A stretch of 64,000 nucleotides of DNA from Candidatus Thermofontivivens primus (GCA_031458695.1 JAVKJW010000002.1:32001-96000); one strand, 5' to 3'. Shown: positions 39,827-49,775, numbered from the stretch's first letter. The notes: generated by a model from the sequence alone, not told the origin. Program-made: numbers and translations.

Positions 39827-40816
39827 GTGGAACCGCTGACTGCGATCATCCCTGTGGCTGGAATGGGGACGCGCCTTCGCCCCCATACCCACACCCAACC
39901 CAAGGCGCTCATGCATGTCGCTGGCAAGCCGATTCTCGCGCACATCCTCGACGCGCTCCTCCCTCTGCCCCTGCGGAGGGTTGTGTTGGTCGTCGGCTAC
40001 CTTGGGGAAAAGGTGGAGGAATACGTTCGGGAGCATTACCACCTTCCTGTGCACTTCGTTACACAGGAGGTTCCTCTCGGAAATGGACACGCCATCTATG
40101 TGGCGAGGGAGTTCCTGGGAGAGGGGCCTGTGATCATCGTCATGGGGGATACCATTGTAAAGGCTGATCTCCAGAATATGGTCACTCTCACCACCTCCGC
40201 TCTGGCGGTCCAGGAGGTCTATGACCCCAGGCGGTTCGGGGTGGTGGTGCTGGGCCGGGATGGGTTTGTGCGGCGTATCGTGGAGAAACCCGAGGAACCT
40301 ATCAGCCACCTCGCGCTTGTGGGCGTCTATTTCATTCGCAACGCCCCTCTCCTAGGAGATTGTTTGGAGCGGCTCATCCGCGAGGACCGGCGCGTACGAG
40401 GGGAGTACTGGCTTGCGGATGCCCTGCAACTCATGATCGATGCGGGGGAGCGGATCCAGACCTTCCCTATCCAGGGCTGGTTTGACTGCGGGACGGCGGA
40501 GGCGCTCCTCCGGGCAAACAGGGATCTTTTAGAGGATGATCCCCCCCAGACCCCCCGTCTTGAAGATGCGGTGGTCTTCGCCCCTTCTTTCATCCACCCC
40601 CAGGCAGTGGTCCGGAATTCCGTCCTCGGTCCTTACGTCTCCATCGCGGAGGGGGCGCATGTGACCGAATCGATTATTCGGGACAGCATTATCAACGCCC
40701 ATGCGCGGGTACACCGCGTCCTCCTAGAGGGCTCGATCATTGGGGAGAACGCCGTCGTCACAGGCCAGCCAAGCCGCATCAACCTTGGGGACTCCTCGGT
40801 AGTCGAGCTCGCCTAG
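39827..40816 (+). CDS. sugar-phosphate nucleotidyltransferase (long-form RmlA-like)
   Basis: IIPVAGMGTRLRPHT..QPK, EKP, GEYWLADA, WFDCG and C-terminal hexapeptide repeats. Confidence 0.88.
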   Translation: MEPLTAIIPVAGMGTRLRPHTHTQPKALMHVAGKPILAHILDALLPLPLRRVVLVVGYLGEKVEEYVREHYHLPVHFVTQEVPLGNGHAIYVAREFLGEGPVIIVMGDTIVKADLQNMVTLTTSALAVQEVYDPRRFGVVVLGRDGFVRRIVEKPEEPISHLALVGVYFIRNAPLLGDCLERLIREDRRVRGEYWLADALQLMIDAGERIQTFPIQGWFDCGTAEALLRANRDLLEDDPPQTPRLEDAVVFAPSFIHPQAVVRNSVLGPYVSIAEGAHVTESIIRDSIINAHARVHRVLLEGSIIGENAVVTGQPSRINLGDSSVVELA

Positions 40817-40948
40817 CAGTCCGAATCTCCTAACCCTCTTCCAACCAGTTGGCGGATAAAAAGACGAACATTCATTCCGGAAAAGGAATTTCCGTCCGGG
40901 TTTCGAAGCAATTTTTTAGTCCCCACGAATCCAAGGAGGGGGAGAAAA

Positions 40949-41461
40949 ATGGACCTGAAGCAGTGGATCCGCGACGTGCCCAACTTTCCTGTTGAGGGCG
41001 TGATCTTCCGGGACATCACGCCTCTCCTCCAGGATCCAAAGGCATTTCGATACGCCTTGGACGAGCTGGAGAAGTATTGTCGTACGAAGGAGATTGATGT
41101 GATCGTGGCGATCGAGGCGAGGGGATACATCCTTGCCGCCCCCCTCGCGGATCGCCTCGGCGTAGGGTTCGTGCCTGCGCGGAAGCCTGGGAAGCTCCCA
41201 TGGGACCGGATCCGGGAGGAGTACCAGCTTGAGTATGGCATGGCGGCTCTGGAGATGCATGCTGATGCCATCAAGCCTGGCCAGAAGGTCCTCATCGTGG
41301 ACGACGTCATTGCCACGGGAGGGACGCTGAGCGCTACCAAGCGCTTGGTGGAGCGGTTGGGAGGGCAGGTTGTCGGGTTCGCCTGTCTCGTCGAGCTTAC
41401 CTTCTTGAACGGCCGCAGGACACTAGAGGGGTACGATTTCTTCTCCCTCATCCAGTACTAA
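40949..41461 (+). CDS. apt: adenine phosphoribosyltransferase
   Basis: IRDVPNFPVEGVIFRDIT, EARG, RKPGKLP, YQLEYG and VLIVDDVIATGGT. Confidence 0.96.
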   Translation: MDLKQWIRDVPNFPVEGVIFRDITPLLQDPKAFRYALDELEKYCRTKEIDVIVAIEARGYILAAPLADRLGVGFVPARKPGKLPWDRIREEYQLEYGMAALEMHADAIKPGQKVLIVDDVIATGGTLSATKRLVERLGGQVVGFACLVELTFLNGRRTLEGYDFFSLIQY

Positions 41462-41612
41462 CGACTCCGGTAGAAGCCTTTCACGTTTTTCGAGGCCCGA
41501 GACAACCATTTTTCCTTCTCTCACCACCGAAGTTCCCTCTTGTGGGGCTCGCGAGGTTATGTAAGGATTATGTATAGGAGAGATTCTTCCGCGGAACAGG
41601 AGGGATCCGAGG

Positions 41613-41855
41613 ATGGCAGAGAAGAAAGCCGCTACCAAGCAAGTCACCTTGGATGAAACCCAGAAGGCGATCCTCACTGCTATGTCCGGCATGAAGGGTG
41701 CCGTCGGCTGCGGGGATATCGCGAAGGCCGCCAATCTTCCCACGCCGAAGGTTGTAGGGAAGATGCGTAGCCTCGCGAATCTAGGACTTGTCACCTCGCC
41801 GGAGAAGGGGAAGTACCGTCTCACCCCAAAGGGTCGTCGAACCCTCGCTGCCTAA
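41613..41855 (+). CDS. small basic winged helix-turn-helix protein (80 aa)
   Basis: AGGAGG RBS. Sequence Q..IL.AM......V..GDIAK..NL....V...M..L...GLV.SP..GKYRLT.KG fits a wHTH. Confidence 0.75.
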   Translation: MAEKKAATKQVTLDETQKAILTAMSGMKGAVGCGDIAKAANLPTPKVVGKMRSLANLGLVTSPEKGKYRLTPKGRRTLAA

Positions 41856-42109
41856 CCTTTTCTACGATCCCCGCTCCTTCTTGGCTGTAGTGGAATGCTT
41901 ACGCTCACTGCGGAGGGGATCCCCTACCCTTGCGTAGGCGGATGGGCCTTTATTTGCTCCCGCTCGTCGCCCTCCATGAACAGGAACCTGAGGTTGGCCT
42001 TCTCCAGAATCACCCACACATTGCGTTTTGGTGGAGACGCGTAGCCTGTCCGTTGAAGACCCCGCCGCCTCCGACAGGGAATCTTTTGATGAAATTGGAG
42101 TCTGTGCGC

Positions 42110-42138
42110 TTGACAGGGGTATCGAGGTATACTAGAAT
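42110..42138 (+). promoter_or_regulatory. sigma70 promoter of rplM-rpsI
   Basis: TTGACA (42110) - 17 nt - TAGAAT (42133). Confidence 0.75.
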
Positions 42139-42218
42139 GACCCTGGTTTTCGTGCCGAAGGAGCCCCCGGCATAAGGAAAAGACGTTTGCCGAGGTACTC
42201 GAGAGAAGGGAATCCGCT

Positions 42219-42647
42219 GTGAAGACGATCATGGCCAAGCCCAACGAGGTGGAGGAGCGCTGGTACCTTGTCGACGCAAGCGGCAAGGTGCTAGGGAGGC
42301 TTGCATCGCGTATTGCCGCAATTCTCCGCGGGAAGCACCGCCCGATATTTACCCCCCATGTCGATCTTCGGGATTTCGTCATTGTGATCAACGCGGAAAA
42401 AATCCGGCTGACCGGGCGGAAAGCGCAACAGAAGATGCTCTACCGGCATTCTGGATACCCTGGAGGGCTCAAGGAGGTCTCCTATGGCACCCTCCTTGCA
42501 ACAAACCCAGAGCAGCTGATCCGGAAGGCCGTCATGGGGATGCTTCCCAAGAACCCGCTGGGCCGCAAGCTCCTGAAGAAGCTCAAAGTCTACCGGGGTC
42601 CGGATCATCCCCACCAGGCCCAGCGGCCGGTACCCCTAGATCTATAG
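42219..42647 (+). CDS. rplM: 50S ribosomal protein L13
   Basis: [43 protein letters not shown] and HPHQAQ. Confidence 0.98.
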   Translation: MKTIMAKPNEVEERWYLVDASGKVLGRLASRIAAILRGKHRPIFTPHVDLRDFVIVINAEKIRLTGRKAQQKMLYRHSGYPGGLKEVSYGTLLATNPEQLIRKAVMGMLPKNPLGRKLLKKLKVYRGPDHPHQAQRPVPLDL

Positions 42648-42875
42648 GCTTATGGTCCTTGCATGCGGAAAGGTGATCGAGGGTCGAGTGTCGAGGAAAC
42701 CTACCACCCATCAGCGTTCTATCGTACCCCTTTCATAGTCCCTGACGTCGGTGTAGACATCCCTTCCCAGGCCTCGATCCTCGATCCCTCCTCCTTTTCC
42801 TCAAGAAGGGCACTTTAAAGCCCCGGCGTAATCTTTTGACAGGATTTCGCTTGGGACCATTCAAGGCAGGTGAGG

Positions 42876-43277
42876 ATGTTGGCTGTTAGTGCACTTACTC
42901 CGGTCGTAGCAGGAAGACGGAAGGAAGCCGTAGCCAGGGTCCGTTTGATCCCGGGCACGGGGAAGATCGTGGTCAACGGGAAGCCCCTGGAAGAGTACTT
43001 CCCGAGGTTTACCTGGCAGAGCATCGTCCGCCAGCCTCTCCTCGTGACCCAGACGGAAGGGCGGTTCGATGTCATTGCCACCGTGGAAGGGGGCGGTCTG
43101 AGCGGCCAGGCCGGCGCCCTCCGGCATGGCATCGCAAATGCTCTCCTCCAGGTGGATCCGCAATTCCGGCCTATCCTCCGGACAACTGGGTTGTTGACAC
43201 GCGACCCGCGCATGAAGGAGCGCAAGAAGTACGGCCGGAAGCGCGCACGGAAGGGGTTCCAGTACTCCAAGCGCTAA
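42876..43277 (+). CDS. rpsI: 30S ribosomal protein S9
   Basis: [25 protein letters not shown] and [24 protein letters not shown]. Confidence 0.98.
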   Translation: MLAVSALTPVVAGRRKEAVARVRLIPGTGKIVVNGKPLEEYFPRFTWQSIVRQPLLVTQTEGRFDVIATVEGGGLSGQAGALRHGIANALLQVDPQFRPILRTTGLLTRDPRMKERKKYGRKRARKGFQYSKR

Positions 43278-43323
43278 GGGCAGGAGCCTCAGCTGTCTCT
43301 GGAGAGAGCCCTGGAGGAGGTGG

Positions 43324-44187
43324 GTGGTGTACCCGTCCAGGCGCGCTGGCACAGGGGGATCTCTCATCTCCTGTTTCCTTGGTATCGCGTTGGCCCTGGC
43401 AATTCCCGGGAAAGCCAATGCGGAACGTATCCATGTTGTTCAGCGTGGGGAGTCGCTTTTTGGCATCGCCAAGCGGTACGGGGTAACAGTGGAGGAGCTA
43501 ACCCGGGTGAATGGCTTGGTAAGCCCAGACAGGATCCAGGCAGGACAGCGACTACGTATCCCAGAACCGGGGAAGAAAGGAGACCGTCCCCTTCCCCACA
43601 GGACACACGTAGTACAGCGTGGGGAGACGCTTTACCGGATCTCCCTCAGGTACGGCACAACGGTTGCTGCCCTCATAGAGGCCAATGGGTTGACCTCCGA
43701 GAGGATCCTGACGGGCCAGGTCCTCCGGATCCCCTCCACTCCCTCCTCCCAAGATGGAGGAACCCTCCTGCCCCCCGGGACCAGTGGAGAAGTGGTGCGG
43801 AGGGCGCTGGGGTGGCTCGGGACACCGTATCGATGGGGTGGAGCCTCCAGGCAAGGGGTTGATTGCTCCGGTCTCGTCTACCTCGTCTTCGCTCCGTGGG
43901 TCCCGAGCATGCCGAGATCTTCCTTTGAACAGTTTCGCCTGGGGATGCCTGTGGATCGCCGGGAGCTCATCCCTGGGGATCTGGTCTTCTTCTCTACCTA
44001 CGCCCCGGGAGCCTCACACGTGGGGATCTACATCGGCGGGGGTCGGTTCATCCACAGCGCAAAGGGTGCGGGAGGGGTCCTGATCACCCCCCTCGAGGAT
44101 CCCTATTATGCAGCGAGGTATCTCGGTGCGCGCAGGATCCTGGTGCAGCCTCCCCAAGAGCCATCCCGGGGGCTTGGTGGAAGCTGA
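43324..44187 (+). CDS. LysM x2 + NlpC/P60 peptidoglycan endopeptidase
   Basis: Signal peptide; two HVVQRGE.L..I..RYG.TV LysM repeats; GTPYRWGG...DCSG and SHVGIY.G.G.FIHS. Confidence 0.93.
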   Translation: MVYPSRRAGTGGSLISCFLGIALALAIPGKANAERIHVVQRGESLFGIAKRYGVTVEELTRVNGLVSPDRIQAGQRLRIPEPGKKGDRPLPHRTHVVQRGETLYRISLRYGTTVAALIEANGLTSERILTGQVLRIPSTPSSQDGGTLLPPGTSGEVVRRALGWLGTPYRWGGASRQGVDCSGLVYLVFAPWVPSMPRSSFEQFRLGMPVDRRELIPGDLVFFSTYAPGASHVGIYIGGGRFIHSAKGAGGVLITPLEDPYYAARYLGARRILVQPPQEPSRGLGGS

Positions 44188-44205
44188 AAGCGTTGGGGTC
44201 TGTGC

Positions 44206-44784
44206 ATGGCGAAGCAGGGGGAGAGTGAAAAAGGAAGGGCAAGGCCGACGCTCTGGCAGTTTTTCTCCGTGCTCCTGGTCGTGGGGACTATCGCCATCGG
44301 GGGAGGGCGATCGATCATCGCCATGCTTGAGCGGGAGCTTGTGGTGCGGCGTGCCTGGTTGGGCCGGGAGGAGTTCGCGGATACCTACGCCATGGCGCAC
44401 ATCATCCCCGGGGTGTACTCTGTCAACTTTGGGGTGATCCTGGGGTTCCGGTTCTTCGGGGGAGTTGGGGCTTTGCTCGCCGCCATTGCGCTCGTCTTTC
44501 CTTCTTTCCTGATGGTTCTGCTCCTTTCCAAAGGATACGCGCTCTTGCGCCACACGCAAGCGGTCCAGGGAGCCTTCCAAGCTGTCGCTCCGGCAGTGGT
44601 GGGGATGTTCAGCGCGATCCTGGTAGGCATGGGCAGGACTCTCCTCCGCACCCCCCTTGATGCAATCATGGCCCTCTTTGCCTTCGGGGGGTTCTTATGG
44701 TTCCATCTCCATCCTGCCTTTCTCCTTCTGGCCGCTGGGGGCGCAGGGTACCTCCTGGCGACGGCTCAGAGGCTAGGGAGGTAG
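44206..44784 (+). CDS. chrA: chromate transporter, short-chain subunit 1
   Basis: IAIGGG, ELV.RR.WL..EEF...YA.A..IPG and PSFLM motifs (single CHR domain). Confidence 0.82.
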   Translation: MAKQGESEKGRARPTLWQFFSVLLVVGTIAIGGGRSIIAMLERELVVRRAWLGREEFADTYAMAHIIPGVYSVNFGVILGFRFFGGVGALLAAIALVFPSFLMVLLLSKGYALLRHTQAVQGAFQAVAPAVVGMFSAILVGMGRTLLRTPLDAIMALFAFGGFLWFHLHPAFLLLAAGGAGYLLATAQRLGR

Positions 44785-44804
44785 TCTCTCCCTCTTCCAT
44801 TGCG

Positions 44805-45317
44805 ATGCCGATCCTGAAAATCTTTTGGACATTTTTCCGGGTAGGCCTGTTCACATTTGGAGGGGGCTACGCCATGGTCCCCCTGATCCAGGAAGAGGCT
44901 GTGGACCGGGCTGGCTGGCTGACAACAGCTGAATTCCTTGATGGGATTGCCATCAGCCAGCTCACGCCTGGCCCCTTCGCCATCCTTGCGACGTTTGTGG
45001 GGTTCAAGGCGGCAGGCTTCCTAGGGGCCTTGGTCGCGACGCTGGGCATCTTCACTCCCTCCCTGCTCGTTGGCTGGGCGATCCTGCGTCTCCAGGTTTT
45101 CTTCCGGGGGGTTTCTGCGATGGACCGGGTCTGGGCGGCCATGCGGGCAGCAGTCGTAGGGCTCCTGCTCGGGGCGGTTATTCGCCTGGGCCTCTCCAGC
45201 ATTCCCTCCCTCCCCTTTGGAGCGATCGCTCTGGGAGCATTCATGGCGGCACGTAGGGGAGTTTCTCCCATTCTCATCGTGCTCATCGCTGCTCTTATTG
45301 GGTTGATGTTCTCCTAG
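44805..45317 (+). CDS. chrA: chromate transporter, short-chain subunit 2
   Basis: FFRVGLFTFGGGYAMVPLI and WLT..EFLDGIAISQLTPGP. Confidence 0.88.
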   Translation: MPILKIFWTFFRVGLFTFGGGYAMVPLIQEEAVDRAGWLTTAEFLDGIAISQLTPGPFAILATFVGFKAAGFLGALVATLGIFTPSLLVGWAILRLQVFFRGVSAMDRVWAAMRAAVVGLLLGAVIRLGLSSIPSLPFGAIALGAFMAARRGVSPILIVLIAALIGLMFS

Positions 45318-45481
45318 CGAAAGTCCTTGGTTTTCGCCGGGGCTTCCTTGTTTGCTTCCTCTCAGCTTTCCTCCCCAGTGCACCAGAGGATTGGCCTGTG
45401 GCCATGGCGAAGACACTGCCAGGTAGCGCAAGGAAGACACAACTGGGCAATCCTTTCTGGATACTATAGAGGAGGGGCATC

Positions 45482-46819
45482 GTGAGGAAGATCCGGGTCA
45501 TTATCATGGGGGCAGGAGGGCGGGACTTCCATAATTTCAACGTCTACTTCCGCGGGAACGAACGCTACGAGGTCGTTGCATTTACCGCCGCACAGATTCC
45601 CGAGATCGAGGGAAGACGTTACCCTCCTGAACTCGCTGGTCCCGGATACCCTGAGGGGATTCCTATCTATGCAGAAGAAGAACTCGTCTCGCTGATCCGG
45701 AAGTTCGCGGTGGATGAGGTCGTGTTCGCCTATAGCGACGTCTCCCATGAGTATGTCATGCACCGAGCATCTCTAGCGATGAGCGCCGGTGCCAGCTTCA
45801 GACTTCTGGGGCCGAAGGAGACAATGCTGAAAGCGCGCGTCCCTGTGGTGAGCGTAGGTGCGGTCCGTACAGGAAGCGGGAAGAGCCCTGTTTCTAGGCG
45901 CATCGGCCTCCTCCTTCAGGAACTGGGTTGGAAAGTGGTGGTGATCCGTCACCCCATGGCTTACGGGGACCTCCGCCGCCAGGTGTGCCAGCGGTTTGCC
46001 TCCCTCGAGGATCTCGACAGGCACGCTGTGACCATCGAGGAGCGAGAAGAATACGAGCCCCACTTGCGGCGAGGGCTCGTCGTGTATGCAGGCGTGGACT
46101 ACGAACAAGTGGTGCGTGCGGCCGAGGCAGAAGCGGAGGTGATCCTCTGGGATGGAGGGAACAACGACTTCCCTTTCCTCGTGCCGGACCTCCACATTGT
46201 GGTCGTTGATCCCCACCGAGCCGGGCACGAGCTCACCTATCACCCAGGTGAGACAAATCTCCGCATGGCCAACGTGGTGGTGATTAACAAGGTGGACACA
46301 GCTCCACCCACTGCTGTAGAACAAGTACGGAGGAACATCCAGAGCGTCAATCCGGAGGCCACCATCGTAGAGACAAACTCTCCCATTTATGTAGACCAGC
46401 CGGAGCGGATTAGGGGGAGGCGGGTGCTCGTTGTGGAGGATGGGCCAACCCTTACCCATGGGGAGATGGCCTATGGCGCAGGGATGATTGCCGCCCAGAG
46501 GTACGGGGCGCGAGAACTCGTGGATCCACGCCCATTTGCGGTGGGATCTATCCAGGAGGTCTACCAGATGTACCCGCACCTCGGGCCGGTGCTCCCGGCA
46601 ATGGGGTACAGCGCACGTCAGATCCGCGAGCTGGAGGAGACCATCCATCGCAGCAACGCGGAGGTGGTGGTGATGAGCACCCCCGTAGACCTGCGCCGGG
46701 TGATCCGTCTGGACAGGCCTTCTGTCCGCATCACCTACGAGGTTGAGGAAAGGACGAAGCCAGATCTCCGGGAGATTCTGGCGGCTTGGACGGAGAACGT
46801 GAGAGGGGAGAAGCATTAA
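45482..46819 (+). CDS. cyclic 2,3-diphosphoglycerate synthetase-like P-loop enzyme, probable arginine synthetase (ArcE-like)
   Basis: IIMGAGGRDFHNFN, P-loop AVRTGSGKS, RHPM, TIEEREEYEPH, WDGGNND, VEDGPTLTHG and LPAMGY. TAATG overlap with argF. The family call is firm; the activity is inferred. Confidence 0.75.
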   Translation: MRKIRVIIMGAGGRDFHNFNVYFRGNERYEVVAFTAAQIPEIEGRRYPPELAGPGYPEGIPIYAEEELVSLIRKFAVDEVVFAYSDVSHEYVMHRASLAMSAGASFRLLGPKETMLKARVPVVSVGAVRTGSGKSPVSRRIGLLLQELGWKVVVIRHPMAYGDLRRQVCQRFASLEDLDRHAVTIEEREEYEPHLRRGLVVYAGVDYEQVVRAAEAEAEVILWDGGNNDFPFLVPDLHIVVVDPHRAGHELTYHPGETNLRMANVVVINKVDTAPPTAVEQVRRNIQSVNPEATIVETNSPIYVDQPERIRGRRVLVVEDGPTLTHGEMAYGAGMIAAQRYGARELVDPRPFAVGSIQEVYQMYPHLGPVLPAMGYSARQIRELEETIHRSNAEVVVMSTPVDLRRVIRLDRPSVRITYEVEERTKPDLREILAAWTENVRGEKH

Positions 46820-47757
46820 TGGCGCCTGGGACCTTGCAAGGACGCGATCTTCTGTCCATGGATGACCTCTCCGTCGAGGAACTCTGGATGGTGCTGGACC
46901 TGGCCCTTGATCTCAAGGCACGCATGAAAGCCGGGGAGCGTCCACCGCTGCTTCAGGGGAAAACCCTGGCGATGATCTTTGAGAAGCCCTCCCTGCGGAC
47001 GCGGGTGACCTTCGAGGTGGGGATGTGGCAGCTCGGGGGGACTGCTGTCTACCTCGCCCCTCAGGATGTGCAGCTCGGAGTGCGTGAGAGTGTCGCCGAC
47101 GTGGCTCGAAACCTAGCTCGGTGGGTCGACGGGATCGCTGCACGGACCTTCCGTCATGCGACGGTGGAGGAGCTGGCAAAACACGCGGAGATCCCTGTGA
47201 TCAACGCACTGTCCGACTTGGAGCACCCTTGTCAGGTGATCGCAGATCTCCTGACCATCTACGAGAAGCGTCGGCGCTTGGAGGGATTGCGGATCGCCTG
47301 GATCGGGGACGGGAACAACGTCTGCCACTCCCTCCTCCTCGGAGCGGCGAAGATGGGGATGCACATCGTTGTGGCCACTCCGGAGGGGTATGCCCCCAGG
47401 GAAGATGTGGTGGAGCGGGCGCAAACGTCTGCCGCACGCTCGGGAGGACGTATCCAGCTCACCCAGGACCCTCGGGAGGCTGCCTCCGGCGCCGACATCA
47501 TTTATACCGATGTGTGGGTCAGTATGGGCCAGGAGGAAGAGCGCGAGGTGCGATTGCAAGTTTTCCGCCCGTACCAGGTCAACCAAGCCCTACTCGCCCT
47601 GGCGAACAAGGATGTCCTTGTGATGCACTGCCTCCCTGCGCACCGGGGGGAGGAGATCACCGACGATGTCCTGGACGGGCCTCACTCTGTGGTCCTGGAC
47701 GAGGCAGAGAACCGGCTCCATGCACAGAAGGCCCTGCTCGCTCTATTGCTAAGGTAG
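46819..47757 (+). CDS. argF: ornithine carbamoyltransferase
   Basis: FEKPSLRTR, NALSD.EHPCQ, GDGNNV, YTDVWVSMGQE, MHCLPAHRGEE and EAENRLH. Confidence 0.95.
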   Translation: MAPGTLQGRDLLSMDDLSVEELWMVLDLALDLKARMKAGERPPLLQGKTLAMIFEKPSLRTRVTFEVGMWQLGGTAVYLAPQDVQLGVRESVADVARNLARWVDGIAARTFRHATVEELAKHAEIPVINALSDLEHPCQVIADLLTIYEKRRRLEGLRIAWIGDGNNVCHSLLLGAAKMGMHIVVATPEGYAPREDVVERAQTSAARSGGRIQLTQDPREAASGADIIYTDVWVSMGQEEEREVRLQVFRPYQVNQALLALANKDVLVMHCLPAHRGEEITDDVLDGPHSVVLDEAENRLHAQKALLALLLR

Positions 47758-47759
47758 CC

Positions 47760-48554
47760 ATGCCTGTGCAGATTCGTCTTGCGGATCTTCTGGACATCGC
47801 CGTGGTGACCTTCCTGGTCTACCAGCTGCTCATGCTCATCCGCGGCACGCGGGCGGTCCAGCTGGTGATGGGATTAGCCGTACTGTTTGTCGCATACGCC
47901 GTAAGCCGGATGCTCGGCCTATATACCCTCCAGTGGATCCTGGGCTACATGGGCCTCGTGATCCCCATCGCCCTCCTTGTTCTCTTCCAGCCTGAGCTCA
48001 GGCGCATGCTGGAACAACTGGGGCGGGGTGGACCCCTCGCACTCGCCATCTCTCCAGGTCTCCTCGACCGCCAGGCCACGATCCGTTTGGTCAACGACGT
48101 GGCGAGGGCGGCACGGATTCTCTCCCTGAGGAAGTTTGGAGCACTGGTGGTGCTCGAACGCCGGACGGGCCTTGGGGATTTCATCGAAACAGGGATCCCA
48201 GTTGATGCCGTGGTAACCGTCCAGCTCCTCATCAGCCTCTTTTTCCCCAATAGCCCCTTGCACGATGGTGCTGTGATCATCCGGGGGAACCGCGTGGTCG
48301 CGGCCGGGTGTCTCCTCCCCCTCAGTGAGAACCCTTCGATCAGCAAGACGCTGGGGACTAGACACCGGGCGGCCATTGGGATCACGGAAGAGACGGATGC
48401 CGTTGCTGTCGTCGTCTCCGAGGAGACAGGGACGATCTCGTTGGCCAAGGAGGGAGAGTTGCGCCGTGGACTCTCTGAGGAAGAGCTGAAGGTCGAGCTC
48501 CTCGATCTCATTGCAGGGGGGCAACGCCCTCTCCTCCGTTCGTGGGCGCGCTGA
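47760..48554 (+). CDS. cdaA: diadenylate cyclase CdaA/DacA
   Basis: Three N-terminal TM segments; FQPELRR.LE.LG, SPLHDGAVII, GTRHRAAIG and VVSEETG. Confidence 0.95.
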   Translation: MPVQIRLADLLDIAVVTFLVYQLLMLIRGTRAVQLVMGLAVLFVAYAVSRMLGLYTLQWILGYMGLVIPIALLVLFQPELRRMLEQLGRGGPLALAISPGLLDRQATIRLVNDVARAARILSLRKFGALVVLERRTGLGDFIETGIPVDAVVTVQLLISLFFPNSPLHDGAVIIRGNRVVAAGCLLPLSENPSISKTLGTRHRAAIGITEETDAVAVVVSEETGTISLAKEGELRRGLSEEELKVELLDLIAGGQRPLLRSWAR

Positions 48555-48555
48555 G

Positions 48556-49740
48556 ATGCGAAGGTTCTTTCATGAACGGAACCTTTACCTCTTGCTCTCC
48601 CTGGCGATTGCCACGGTGATGTGGCTTTACGTCGCCAGCATCCAGAACCCCGAGGTGGAGCGGTCCACGAGGGTAAACCTGCGCCTCCGTGGGCTTGGCT
48701 CGAACCTCATCGTCGTGCGAGCTCCTTCCGAGGTTGAAGTACGCCTCCGCGGCCCCCGCTCTGCTTTCTCCTCCTTAGAAGGAGTTGAGGCGTGGGCAGA
48801 TCTCTCCGGTCTGTACCCCGGCGAGCACAGGGTGCCCGTTTTGGTGACAGTTCCGGAAAATGTGAGGGTGTTGGGGAAGGAACCGCGAGAAGTCGTCGTC
48901 GTGGTGGACAGGAAGGCTAGGCGTGAGATGGATGTGGAAATCGAGTTCATCGGCAGACTTCCTCCAGGGATTGCCCTTGGGGAGCCTGAGGTCAATCCCC
49001 CCCGGGTGGTCATCGAGGGTCCCCAGGGGGAGGTGAAGGCAGTCCAGCGTGTGTTCGTCTCCCTCGATGTTAACGGCATCCGGAGCACGCAGACACTCAC
49101 CCTCTCCCCAAGAGTTGTAGGGGCACGAGGAGAGTTCGTGCAGGGCGTGGAGGTCGTGCCCTCGGCCATCCAGGTGAAGGTTCCCGTGAAGGAGGAGTTC
49201 CTGGTCAAGGTCCTCCCCGTTCTCCCAGTCGTTCAAGGGTCCCCGGCTCCGGGGTACTCCATACACTCTGTGGCTGTCTCTCCCACAACCGTAACAACCC
49301 AGGGACCCGGTCGGGCCCTCGAAAACTTGGCTTTCCTGTATACTCTCCCTGTAGACATCGAGGGCGCGAGTTCCGACGTCGTCCAGGAAGTTTCCCTCCA
49401 AGTTCCCGAGGGAGTCCAGGCCGAGAAGACCCAGGTGAGAGTTTCTGTGGCTGTCCGTCGGTCGGTGGCCGCAAAAGTGCTGAAGGAGATACCGGTACGC
49501 CTCACCGGAGTCCCCCAGGGGTTCCGGGCCAAGGTAGAGCCTGGGACGGTCACTGTGATCCTCCAGGCTCCCCCTCCTGCTCTTGCCCAGATCGCTGCTT
49601 CCGATGTTACTGTCTTGGTGAGCGCTAGTGGGCTTGGTCCAGGGAGGCACACAAGACCGCTGGAGGTCCACGCTCCCCTTGGGGTGACGGTGATAGAGGT
49701 CGTGCCCAGGACCGTTACAATCTCCCTCGAGGAGGGCTGA
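48556..49740 (+). CDS. cdaR: CdaR/YbbR-repeat regulator
   Basis: N-terminal anchor LSLAIA..MWLYV, repeated beta-rich P..V.V.GP units, and position between cdaA and glmM. Confidence 0.88.
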   Translation: MRRFFHERNLYLLLSLAIATVMWLYVASIQNPEVERSTRVNLRLRGLGSNLIVVRAPSEVEVRLRGPRSAFSSLEGVEAWADLSGLYPGEHRVPVLVTVPENVRVLGKEPREVVVVVDRKARREMDVEIEFIGRLPPGIALGEPEVNPPRVVIEGPQGEVKAVQRVFVSLDVNGIRSTQTLTLSPRVVGARGEFVQGVEVVPSAIQVKVPVKEEFLVKVLPVLPVVQGSPAPGYSIHSVAVSPTTVTTQGPGRALENLAFLYTLPVDIEGASSDVVQEVSLQVPEGVQAEKTQVRVSVAVRRSVAAKVLKEIPVRLTGVPQGFRAKVEPGTVTVILQAPPPALAQIAASDVTVLVSASGLGPGRHTRPLEVHAPLGVTVIEVVPRTVTISLEEG

Positions 49741-49775
49741 CGGGACCTGGTGTGGGAGGGGAGAGGGAGTTAAAC

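Noticed and set aside
40817..40948. Purine riboswitch upstream of apt
   Set aside because: The conserved core (UAUA, AUGG loop, UUCUAC, CCGUAA) is absent.
41856..42109. Possible ncRNA (for example 6S-like) upstream of the rplM promoter
   Set aside because: Some local hairpins are present, but I could not identify any family motif or a convincing rod structure by eye.
44206..45317. Frameshifted or broken chrA
   Set aside because: Two tandem single-domain genes is the known short-chain CHR arrangement, and each half is complete.
45318..45481. Riboswitch-like alternative pairings upstream of the ArcE-like gene (45343-50/45429-36 versus 45387-93/45448-54)
   Set aside because: The stems are short, match no motif I know, and a candidate -10 (TACTAT 45462) lies downstream, so they may not be on the transcript.
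47121..47759. N-terminal extension of CdaA implied by the 477-aa ORF
   Set aside because: It overlaps argF in another frame. CdaA homology begins at ATG 47760.
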